A program made the translations under genes and the position numbers. A stretch of DNA of 64,000 bases from Spizellomyces punctatus DAOM BR117 (Eukaryota), in NCBI GenBank assembly GCA_000182565.2, contig KQ257451.1; one strand, written 5' to 3'. Shown here piece by piece: positions 1-12,068 of the stretch. How positions within the stretch are numbered: position 1 is the first letter of the stretch; every line of letters starts with the position of its first letter. Below the pieces are notes generated by a model. That model was not told the origin of the DNA. It saw only the letters and a list, made by a program, of their open reading frames with translations, and did not search any database.

Positions 1-1067
1 CATGACACTTTAAAGTACGCATTAGCAAACTAAGGGAGGTTTTTGGGCCTCAGGAGGATTTTCCGGAGTGTACTCTGGTCTATCGTCAGTAGTAATAGGA
101 TCAGCACCGGGAGGTATGCGACGAGTCACCCTGTCCTGAATTTGATTACTATTATGATAATCGTAACTGTCCATCCTTACAGCTGCCGCTTTTTTTGTGA
201 CTTATGAATATCTGAAACGGAAGCTGGCCAGTGCGCTGCCTGGGCGAAACCGCGAACCGTTGGTGCATATGATTGCTGCATCCGGTGGAGAAGTTGTAGG
301 TCTACTTATTTTAGATCCGACATCTTTGCGGGGTTATGAATTTTTGAATCAGGCCGCATGCTTTATTCGCGTACCAACGGAAGTTGTCAAGCAGCGAATG
401 CAAACTGGCCAGTATCGAAGTGTATCGCTAGCCTTGACATCTATAATGAAGTTGAATGGAATACGAGGTTTTTATCAAGGCTACTCAATGACAGTTTTTC
501 GCGAAGTCTGTTTTCCTTTTCTGCTCCTTCATATATTCATTGTTTTCTGATCAATAACCTAACACCAGATTCCATTCACATGCATCCAATTTCCGCTATA
601 TGAGCGATTTAAGGTTGGTCTTCAACGTCCGGCCGTCTGGTGCATATGTCTATACCCACTATTCCTACGAACAGAAAATATGGGCTGACTGGGAGGGTAG
701 ACCAGTGTATCCGTGGGAGGCGGCCCTATTTGGGTCAGTTGCTGGAGGAATTGCGGCCGCGTTGACGACGCCTCTGGACGTTGTTAAGACGAGGATCATG
801 CTCTCCACAAAGGTAACAAAACCAGGTGTATTTGTGAAAAGCTGTTTAACAAACTGACTGTTTTTTTAACAGAGAGGAGGCGCCGTTGGTATATTGGAGA
901 CGTTTCGTGCAATTGTCGCAAAGGAGGGTGCGCGAACGCTTTTTTCTGGTGTCGGGCCGCGGGTTATATGGATATCGATCGGAGGTAGCATCTTCCTGGG
1001 CGTTTATGAAGCGGCGATGAACCTACTGGTGGATGGTAGACTGAGTGCTCATTCGTTCGACCTGTAG
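1..1067 (+). CDS. SAM5: Mitochondrial carrier, S-adenosylmethionine transporter (SLC25A26/Pet8 type); multi-exon, 5' end outside window
   Basis: Spliced exons give carrier signatures: [76 protein letters not shown]. Introns are GT-AG. Stop TAG at 1065-1067. Confidence 0.9.
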
Positions 1068-1230
1068 TCGAATGCATAAGTGTAGAGCATGACATCAATT
1101 AGAGTGTACCATGTCCATAGTCCACCAGCCCTAATAGAGACAAGCTACACCGCAAATGTAGATAAACAAACTTCGAGTGTTTATTAAAATTGTCATGGAC
1201 AACGCTTCTAGACAAGTGTATACGATTTGC

Positions 1231-2340
1231 TTAAATGAGACCCTTCGCTACCGCTACCTCGGCATTCATGATACTGCTTCCTGCAGCGCCCAAGATGGTG
1301 TTGTGGGAGAGTAGCGAGAACTTAACATCGAAGATGTTGCACTTTCGTACCCGCCCAACCGCGACAGTGTTTCCATTTCCGATCATTATGTCCATTCGTG
1401 GCTGCGGTCGATCAGCCTCTTTCATCACAACGACCGCATGTTCAGGTGCCGATGGGACACCCAACTTCTGTGCATCCGATGTGTAGGATTGTAGGGCCTC
1501 GATGATCTGTTCGATCGATGGTGCTGGGCACTTTTGGAACTCCACCATGACGCTTTCCATATGTCCATCGATGACAGGGACACGGTTGCAGCTTGCCGAC
1601 ACCTTCATCTCTGGCAAATTTGAGAATCCAGTTAAATCTGCAGTGACCCCTCCGAGGATTTTGGAGCATTCGATTTCTATCTTCTCTTCTTCGCCGGATA
1701 TGTACGGCACAACATTACCCAGGATATCCAAACTCGGCACACCTGGATACCCAGCTCCGGAGATCGCTTGCATGGTAGTGACAACCACGCGAGAGAGTGG
1801 ACCAAAGGCATCTTGGAGAGCCTTCAATGGAACGACGAGACCAGTGGTGGAGCAGTTTGCGTTTGTGATGATGAAGCCTTTGCTCAGTCCGTGAACCTTG
1901 CGTTGATGTGCAATGACGTCAAAATGGGATGTATTAACGAGGGGAACAATGAGAGGAACAATAGGGTCCATGCGATAGTTCTTTGCATTTGAGAATACAG
2001 CAAAGTCAGCTTTAAGGAAAGCGGATTCAATGTCCCCTGCCACGTCTGAGTCTAGACCAGAGAAAACGATACGGCAGTTCTTAAAATTTTCCGGCTCGCA
2101 TGTTTGTACGATGAGGGATGCTACGTCAGCAGGAATAACCGTAATTTGTTTCCAGGAACGAGCGGCAGCATCCTTGTAAGCTTTCCCGGCGGAACGTGCG
2201 GAAGCTCCAACCGCTGCGACGACAAAATAGGGATGACCTTCCAAAAGTTGAATGAAGCGCTGGCCAACGGTACCAGTGGCGCCCAGGATGCCGACTGGTA
2301 TCTTCTCTGCCAGAGGTGTATTGGGTGCTGAAGAGGACAT
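1231..2340 (-). CDS. HOM2: Aspartate-semialdehyde dehydrogenase (intronless)
   Basis: GILGATGTVGQRF Rossmann motif, catalytic NANCST, QAISGAGYPG, CNRVPVIDGH and SHNTILGAAG. ATG at 2340; the ORF-track upstream extension is probably not translated. Confidence 0.97.
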   Translation of the reverse strand: MSSSAPNTPLAEKIPVGILGATGTVGQRFIQLLEGHPYFVVAAVGASARSAGKAYKDAAARSWKQITVIPADVASLIVQTCEPENFKNCRIVFSGLDSDVAGDIESAFLKADFAVFSNAKNYRMDPIVPLIVPLVNTSHFDVIAHQRKVHGLSKGFIITNANCSTTGLVVPLKALQDAFGPLSRVVVTTMQAISGAGYPGVPSLDILGNVVPYISGEEEKIEIECSKILGGVTADLTGFSNLPEMKVSASCNRVPVIDGHMESVMVEFQKCPAPSIEQIIEALQSYTSDAQKLGVPSAPEHAVVVMKEADRPQPRMDIMIGNGNTVAVGRVRKCNIFDVKFSLLSHNTILGAAGSSIMNAEVAVAKGLI

Positions 2341-2411
2341 TTTTGGGGATGGTCGCAATTGTGGGAGATCAGCCCCCAAGTTCCCCAGCGCGCAAGTCAT
2401 AGATGATCTTG

Positions 2412-2420
2412 GTCACGTGA
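2412..2420. promoter_or_regulatory. E-box GTCACGTGA (Cbf1/USF-type bHLH site)
   Basis: Exact motif 72 bp upstream of the HOM2 ATG. The same motif recurs upstream of many other genes in the window. Confidence 0.5.
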
Positions 2421-2945
2421 TAAATATAAACAATGCATTTTGCGATCCGGCTGGCGATCATCAACAGTAACTTATAAAACATGGCAACTAGCTCATGCAA
2501 AGGAATTGATGAAGATGCACACACGATCATGGTCGATGAACTTACCCATCATCGAACGGATTCATGACACCTACAGACAAATGCAAGATCGATGCCGAAA
2601 ACTAATTTTCCTAGCAGGGAATACAACACGAGCGCTTCTATTGCTGGGTGCAACAAATCAAGAAAATACCGTGCTATGGGTGATCGTTCGCGATCAAGCA
2701 CTTTTGGGCGATAAGTTCACACCATGCGATTTCCACCAGTAGAAGGCTAACTCTGTGTTGATATTCAGTTCATGATCCAACCCCTGGCGCACTTGTCACC
2801 AAGCATTCACTTTGACGCATACAAGTTGCTCTGGAGGGCTAAAGGGTCTTAAAAACACACTTATGAAAGGAGACGGAAGTTGAAAAAACGGATGGCGAGT
2901 AATCCGCTTACGCAATCTGTCACGCGCAATCACGCCTCGTCAAAG

Positions 2946-2952
2946 TGAGTCA
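2946..2952. promoter_or_regulatory. AP-1/Gcn4-type site TGAGTCA in the HOM2/ADO divergent promoter
   Basis: Exact 7-mer. Function is inferred only. Confidence 0.3.
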
Positions 2953-3121
2953 CGATTCGGTTGGACGCAGACCGGGAACGGCGGGGGGCAAAAAGACGAG
3001 GCGACGGAGGGATCTTTCCCCGCAAATAATTCTGTCGTCTTCGTCCCCATTGCTTTTTCAAGTCTTTCTCTCATCTATCTTCTGTATACCACACGAAATT
3101 CTGAGGTCCCAATTATCACGA

Positions 3122-4288
3122 ATGTCCCCACCTTGCATTAACGAGTCAGATTCCTCGCCAACCACCTGTTGCTTTCCTTTCTGCACTGAAATGGAGAATC
3201 GTCGAACACAATCTTTGATGGATATGTCTCACCTGCAGCGAATTGGAGTTCTGGCATATCAGGTTTTTGCGGCGTTTCCTGGGCGGCATCCCGAGGCTGA
3301 TGCGATACTGGACCGACTCTGCAGTCTGATCCGGGATGTAACTCTTGGACACTTGAAAGTTAAGGTGGGTTCGGGTTGCAACACCATCAGATTCAAAACG
3401 ATCGCAAACCGGGTTTAAAAGCTGCTTTTGCTCACAACGCTTTCCATCTTAAAGCCCGCCCAATACCCTGTGGAATATTATCCAATATACGAGTCCTCTG
3501 TGTACACAATGTGTGTTTTTGTGCTGAAGCGTGGAACCACAATGCCAACACACGATCATCCAAAAATGACTGTCTTCAGCAAGATCGTAAGCGGGGATCT
3601 CCATGTGCGCACATATGAGTTTGCCAAAGGGTCGACCGCACAAGCTCATGCAGTAGTGGATCCGCGGACTGGAGATCTGGTCCAGGCACGACCAACAAAG
3701 GCTGGACTGAACAGAATCATATCTGCATCAGATCCTGAATCGCTGCTTCTGATACGTCCCGAGGGAGGACCGAACATGCACTCGTTTACTGCTGTCTCAG
3801 AGGAGGTGGTATTATTGGACATCATAGGGCCGCCGTATAATTCCGAAGACCGACCCTGTACATATTTCAGGGAAGTGAGCTGGGATGAAGGTTGCAAGTT
3901 GGTGGCTATGGGGGTGGAGGCAACTGCACCTGGAAAAAAATCGAAGAACAAAAAGAAAAAGAAGAGAAGAAGGGCAGTTGGACCCGAGCGCAAAACCGAT
4001 GCTATGCCTATACAGGAAAATGGATCTGCTCCCAACCCATGCCCACCACCACCACCATCAACTCCTACCCTCGATCTTACACCGCCCCCTGTGAGGTCTT
4101 CGAACACAACAATATCCAATAGCTCCTCTGAAGCATCCCTTGACCTCCTTAATACCAGCGGCACAGACGAGATGTGTTGGCTGGTGGAGGATCCGGATGT
4201 TGACTACAGATGTGTTGAGCGCTTGTATCGTGGAGAGCCGGTTGCAAAAGTGGAAAGATATGCTAATGTCGAGCTCGGAATAATATAG
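3122..4288 (+). CDS. ADO: Cysteamine dioxygenase / plant cysteine oxidase family (PCO_ADO) thiol dioxygenase
   Basis: Cupin metal ligands in MPTHDHPKM and GGPNMHSF, plus LLDIIGPPY and RPCTYF. One intron at 3365-3454 joins LGHLKVK to PAQYPVEY. Confidence 0.9.
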
Positions 4289-4310
4289 CGTAGCATCGTC
4301 AGTGGTGAGT

Positions 4311-5680
4311 CTAGGGTGGCCGACATTGGGAAAACGCAGAGCAGAGGGCCAGCTTGGTGTCTATATCATATGTACATGACTGAGGAGCGGGGCAATTGCA
4401 AAGCTTAATCTTTTCGCCTCTCCGATAACGCCGTCTTAGACGCGATCTAATTGTAATCAAGAGCGTTGGGCTCTTGACATGCCTTCCCGGGTCAAAGCAC
4501 ATGGAATCTACCTGTGATAGAACTTAATCGAAGTTGCGCCATTCAAAAAAGGTCCATAAGTGTACCAATAACCCGTCTGTGTATCAGAAAGTGTCCGCTA
4601 CCAAACTGTCCTTGCTTTGTACATTTAGAGCAATTATCTGCAGAAAAGCGCTGGGAAGGAGCAGATATCCTCAGGAAATAACCAATTAGAAATGTAACCC
4701 TAATCGCGGATTTTCAGGGTTGCCTCTGGCTTCCCAACTTTTGCATCATTGTCCACTCTTTATGGCAGAAATAGCAGGTGAAGAGCAACCTTACGCATGA
4801 CCACGACTTTGAAAAGTTCTTTTTCATGTAACTAGGGAAACCCGCTTTCTGTTCGCCAACACATCGCAACTTCAAGGCAGTAGACGACGTTTGTATGTAC
4901 TGCTCGAGATTGAATGGGCTACTGCAATCTGTGCTGATCATGTACTGTAGAGTCGGATGAAATACAGGTCGAGGATGAGGAAGCTTACCTAGTCGTTGTC
5001 ATTATCTGTGTGCGGTTATGGTATTGGTATGAGGCGTTAGTGTACGTACTGGTTTACAAAGGCATGCTCTTACATGATGGGTCGCCGTAACCAAGTGAGT
5101 TAAGTGCGGCATCCCAACGAGATATTTCAGATCTTTGCACACAAGTCACTGAATACGCTAATAGCAAGGCTGCCTTCTGGAAAGTCTGAGCTACTCGGTA
5201 ATAACCAGAGGACAACGAGGCTCTGAACATGGGAAGTCTGATGACAAATTGATGTGCCTCTGTGACGCCTGCTGCTCTCGTCCTTATCCTTTTTGCTTTC
5301 CATTTCAACCAAGTTTCTTCCTTTATTTTACTGAATCTTATTTGATCCATTCCGAGGAGAAAGCCAAGAAATACATAAAGCGTATTTTTTTCATTCACCG
5401 AGGCCCGTTATTCGCTGGTCTGAACAGCATGCCTCCCCCTGTGCTTCTTGACGGAAAGCAAAATTAGATGTGAGTATACAACAGAAGATTCGATCTCCAG
5501 GAAAGCGAGTATATCATCTGTTCATGCAACCTTCTTTAATGTGCGAGAGGTTACCATATCATTGATGAAGTTTTCGCCAGGATGGTTAGTAGAGCACACT
5601 AATCATCTTTCTTGGCCTACGCTTGCCGTCCGTACCTTATTTCCATTCTTTCTCTCATCTATGTTACGGCGCGGACACTC
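4311..5680 (-). mobile_element. Degenerate piggyBac-like transposase relic (pseudogene with stops and frameshifts)
   Basis: Ordered motif remnants on the minus strand: TDDIL...VNEKNTLYVFLGFLLGM, FRASLS, QYIQ...CVGEQKAGF, VRLLFTC...MQKLG, FSADN...RVIGTL, SMCFDP, PQSCTYDIDTK. These follow recalled piggyBac motifs. No TTAA-flanked TIRs were found. Confidence 0.5.
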
Positions 5681-6630
5681 CCTTCAGCACACTCGCATGA
5701 TACAAAATTGACTAGGTTTACTATCTCCATATCCATACCATCATTAGCCGTCAAATCATGACCTTGAACAGCCTTCCTGGATCTAGAACTAGTCTGACTG
5801 CAGCAAGATGAATGGGGCGTGTAACGCAAAAATGACACAGGAAGCAGTTCAGTCGTTAATATGGATGCCAGGAACTGTAGTGGTAACGTGACGCTCCCAG
5901 CATTGTTAGTACTGATTCATTCATCCTACTCAAGTGAGAGTTATGTTTAGCGTGTAATCAGGTCTTTAGAAGATTATCGATTGCGCGAAACGATGGCTTT
6001 CTAATGGTAGAATAAGGATACGCTAAACTTGAGACACAATTGGCTCCTTCCATTATCCCTATAGCTACCACAATAGGTTTAAGACTAAACAATTTATATA
6101 TACTAGAATACAATCCATCATTAAACCTTTCCAAGTCCTAGCCACTGGCAACTGGGCTTAGTCAGCATAGGTCGCCAAGCTAAGCAACAACAGCCAACAA
6201 TGGTCGTAGGGGGCAGAAACAAACCTAACCCAACGGACCCCGACCTACCTGGTTTCCGTAATTCCCATCAATCATCACTTATGAATTATTATTTTAATCT
6301 ACTTACCTTTTCTCAGCAAGTTCGAGGCTGGTATCTAAAAACACCCCATAGCGTTGTTCTTCGGCCATCACTTCGATCTCTTTAATTTACATTCTCCTCC
6401 TGGGCAAAAATAAGTCGGGAGGATAGGGCTCAATTCCTCCGTTCACAGAAATTTTCATATGGGCATAGGTTTTGCCGTGCACGAAAGCAGCCATTGAAAG
6501 CCGTGGTCCAGGGGGCCAACATGCGGGCACGACAACCGATCATGGTTACCGATTGTGAGTCATAGGTTAGTCGATAGAATGTCCAACAAAGCATTTCACC
6601 GCTAATTACCTCCGCACCCTCCAGGCCCTA

Positions 6631-8074
<1,444 letters not shown>

Positions 8075-8260
8075 TGATCTCGTACATTGATTTTCTACAC
8101 TGGTGCTGACTGATTATGTACAATTTGAATCAACGGTTACAATGCCCGCTATGTATGGCGTCCACCGCAGGTGTGGTCGCTGTGAGGATGCCACTGCAAG
8201 CGTCCTTGTCCTAGACATTAATCCCAACGCAAGGATAGAGACGAAGCATTAAAGGGATCA

Positions 8261-10353
8261 TCAGGCGCCACTAGTGCAATGAGGTGGATTTGACACTCCT
8301 TGGTCGCTTCTGTGATCCCGAATAATATCACGAATCCACAGTAATTCTACTTTCAATTGCTTCTCGATGCGCCTTACTTTCCCCTCCAGGTCAAGTGCAT
8401 CCACGCCAAGCATATCCGCGCACTTCCCTTGGACAATTCCGTAAGGACTATGAAACTCTCCTGCCGGATCGCGACCGACATAGGAGATGTAGTCAGACCC
8501 GGCAAGATCCGATAGAGGTGGATATGAACGAGTTTGTCTGTTGGCTGGTTGGAGGGGTTCGTTCGTGCTTTGGAAACTTTCGGACTGCTCACGTGGTGCG
8601 CAGGCTGCTTCGAAAATTTCAGCACCTAATGAACTGGGAATTTTAAAAGTTGCTTTCAAATCAGTGATCAAAGCTTTGGTCACGTTACCCTTCTGTTTTG
8701 CACCACGACGTAAAAGCGCCCTTGCAAAATTCTTGATATATTCCTTCCGACCTCGGAGATCCTGGTTATCTATGTCGCTAGAAGGAAGCAGTTAGCAAAT
8801 TGTGACCAAGAAGTCGCTCGAACAATTAGCAGCCATTACCTCGTGGACCATGTTGCGTATGGTGGCTGTCCATCCTTTCTGGTTGCCAAATGATTGATCC
8901 ACTTCTGCATCTCCTTCGAATCATGATCTGCTCCACATCGCAATTTAAATATCACCAACGCCAGGGCCCCATGCCACACCTCGCCATGACGGAGGTGCTT
9001 TCCCCCTCTTTTAAAGCCACTAAGTAGACGGTACAGCACTGCCATGTCGGAGTAAAATGTGACTGAAAAGGGAAAACCTCGGTAAGATGACTGTCGGCGC
9101 TTGACCGAATGCATCCCATCATACCTGGGAGGCAAAGTTCCTTCAACGTGCGTATCCATAGTAAAGGTGCGTTCACAGGCGGGAAGGCAATCCCAAACTT
9201 TTCTTCAAACAGCCGGCGAAACGATCCTGACGCGTCAAACATCTCTGACACACTGGGAACCACCTGTAATTCACCGTCAGCGCAAGGAATGCGAGAATTA
9301 CCATCCAGGCGGAGTCAGTCACCTTTCGTTCAATACCGGAACGGTAAAGATTGAACCGTGATGTCAATTCGCTCGGAAGATCTGTAGCCGTGAAGAAGTA
9401 CGGGATGTCTCCGGATATTGACCATCTTGTACGCCGATAAGCTATGGAAAAGAAAAATACACGCGACATACGAGCCCTTACCGATGCAGATCCTTGAGTA
9501 AAATTGGCACCCGGAGCAGAAGACAGCCAAGATGGCACAAGACCAACGAGTAATAAGGTAGTATATTCTGCATCACCCTCAGGTATTCCACTTCTGCTTC
9601 TGACTCGCCATCGGTACTGACGTTCGGCGTACGACTGCGACTTCTTCTCCTTCGTTTGCCTCGTCGTCCAGAGTCACTATATGCGTCCGATGCATTTACA
9701 CTCTCGTCTCCAGAGGAGGGCGGGACAGATGATTGTTGCGAAGAGGGCCGCCAGTTCAAATGGTTACGACGACGATCCTCGAAATCAACCTCCAAGGCAG
9801 TGACGTACAACGACCATAGATCGAGAACGACCAACTGTTGGGGGAGGAACGAGGTCACTCACTTGGTGAAATAACATGGAACCATCGGCACAGCGTGAAT
9901 CGAGGGACTTGCCTCCAGCTCTTCAGACAGTCCCTGTATCTTTATAATAGCTTGAACCTGTAGCTTGAGCGACCACTGAAAAACCTCACAGATCACACTG
10001 AAGGGTGTATCATGTTTAAACTCTGCAAAAAAAGGAACTGTCAACTGAGGGTCCGAACTTTATTCACTTTGGACACTTTGGGCAGGCATGCCTTTTGCTT
10101 TTCGCTTTCGCTCTCGTGATTGTGATCGTCGTCCACTTGCTCGCCGCCGGGCGTTTGAGGCAGCCTCCGCATCGTCGTCGCCACGCTCCTCTACATATGA
10201 CTTTGACGCCACATTGAGCAACAACTAGAAGCATAAATTGTCTACGATTTAGGTTCGTACCGTAAGCTGGTGACCATATTGGCAGACGTAAAATCCAGCA
10301 GAGTCTTTTCTGTAAGTTCTAGATCGGCATACGGGACACGGAGGTTTTTTCAT
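8261..10353 (-). CDS. RRN7: RNA polymerase I initiation factor Rrn7/TAF1B, multi-exon
   Basis: N-terminal zinc ribbon MKKPPCPVCRSR...GFYVCQYGHQ, followed by VFQWSLKLQVQAII, VVLDLWSLY and SLVLCHLGCLLLRVPILLKDLHR...GDIPYF, which are typical Rrn7 blocks. Confidence 0.85.
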
Positions 10354-10577
10354 ATCAGGAGGACTGTTCTCCCCGCCGAAAAGGTAGCCAACAGTGTCTA
10401 GGTTTTGAGTGTTTACACTCGAGGAAATTCAATCTTCATTCCCTCCAACATGTCCTCTGCTCCCAATCTGGCACCTGAACGCTGGACAGCTAAAGCAGAT
10501 TAGTGTGAGCCATCACGTGCGTCATGTGATGGCTCACACTTTTGCTACCCAGCGTCGTTGGACGTCCAGCAATCTGC

Positions 10578-10925
10578 ATGGGCAAGTCGCTGGATCCACA
10601 GAAACGTGCTGCCATCGTTGGGTTGCATAAAGCTGGACACTCTTGGGCAGAAATCGCCGCTCAAGAGAAGGCCAGCTTTACGGCAATCCGACATACGCTG
10701 AAGAAATACAAAGAAACTGGATCTTATGAAACCAAAAAAAGGCCCGGTCGGCCATCAAAGTTGCCACAAGGTATGGAATCTGCTGCGCTTGAAAGCTTAT
10801 TAGATGGTGAAAATAGTCGGTTCTTGCCCCTAGATCAGCTTACGACGCAGTTTACTGAGAAAACTGGCATCACGGTTCACAAGTGCACGTTGCGACTAGG
10901 AGGACATTGCCACGTGACTGCGTAA
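10578..10925 (+). mobile_element. Tc1/mariner transposase N-terminal paired-like HTH domain only (no DDE domain)
   Basis: MGKSLDPQKRAAIVGLHKAGHSWAEIA...KKYKETGSYETKKRPGRPSKL (GRP linker) and a second HTH TGITVHKCTLR. The frame ends before the catalytic domain. Confidence 0.8.
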
Positions 10926-11226
10926 AGTGTGCTGTGGATCTGGTTGTGGAGGGTCGAACGGAACCGATAATGTATTCAATTGAATTGGACCACATTTGGT
11001 ACGATCATCTTGTGGGTATTTGATCACCATGTGCATTTCAGTTGATGCATTTGGAGCCGCACGGCTGTTGCGTAACTGAGGACAGACTCTTGAACTTGTC
11101 GCAACTGATAAGGATGGTTCACTCCTTGTTAGACCGCTATGCATTATAGTGATAAGCCATCGTAGTACTTTTGCCCATCATCATTTGACAAACATCTAAT
11201 TTGCATACTATTAATCCGTGCTTGGC

Positions 11227-11902
11227 TCATCGCATGTACTTGCGTCTCCAGTACGGTACAAGCTTCTTTAAGAGTTTGCGTTGCGTGGTTGTCGCCAACA
11301 CCCTTCGTTTCTTAGCTTTCCGCTTCCATACTCTCATCTTCCGGTTCAGATGACGACGCCCTGCCTGGGCTCGTTTGAACATCCCATCTCCCATTACCAT
11401 CCATCTGATAGATCCATAAATGGTCAGCTACAGTAGTTTCGATTTTATGTATATCAGGGCGTCGTTCGGCGCCGTCATACCTGGCAACAGCTCCCCCGTG
11501 ATTCTTTAGCTTATACTTTTTTGTCTTCCTCTTCGATGCTACTTTGTTCCGACCCCACGTTGTCTCCTGTCGTATCTGGAGTGATCCACACGAAGAAAAC
11601 GGGGTTTGCGGTAGTGCTAGGGTTCTGCACGAATATCTGGATTCTGAGAAAAGACTTGCAGTGTAATGACTGCGTACAAGTCTAAGCCGAAGAACGTTGC
11701 AGCTTTGACGGGCATTCGGCAAGGTCCCCTCCAGTGGCCATTGAACCTTCGCCACTGTTTATAATTGAAGACGATCAGGAATGTAATCTCCAACAAATAC
11801 CAGGAAACCCCCATTTCAAACTTTTGTAAGGGAAAAGTTCATACCTGGACAGCGGCGTGCGACGTGCCTCAACACCCCCCTATGTACCTTTATCGAAAGC
11901 AT
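11227..11902 (-). CDS. MRP35: Mitochondrial ribosomal protein bL35m
   Basis: Spliced KYKLKNHGGAVARW-MVMGDGMFKRAQAGRRHLNRKM...KLLKKLVPY matches the bL35 pattern. Arg-rich presequence. The start is uncertain. Confidence 0.8.
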
Positions 11903-12068
11903 GGGCTGGTTCAATATGTAAACTCCACCTTGCAGAATGCCCATCGTTGACATGAGCCTCTCCATGGTAACAGACAATCGGAATAGTTTATAGACCATTA
12001 TGGCCGAAATATTCAATTATAATACAATATACCCGGGATATCTATGCACTCAAATGCACTAAATGCAT

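Noticed and set aside
1231..2340. Intronless HOM2 as a possible bacterial horizontal transfer
   Set aside because: The sequence is the ordinary fungal/archaeal-type ASA dehydrogenase, so intron loss is the simpler explanation.
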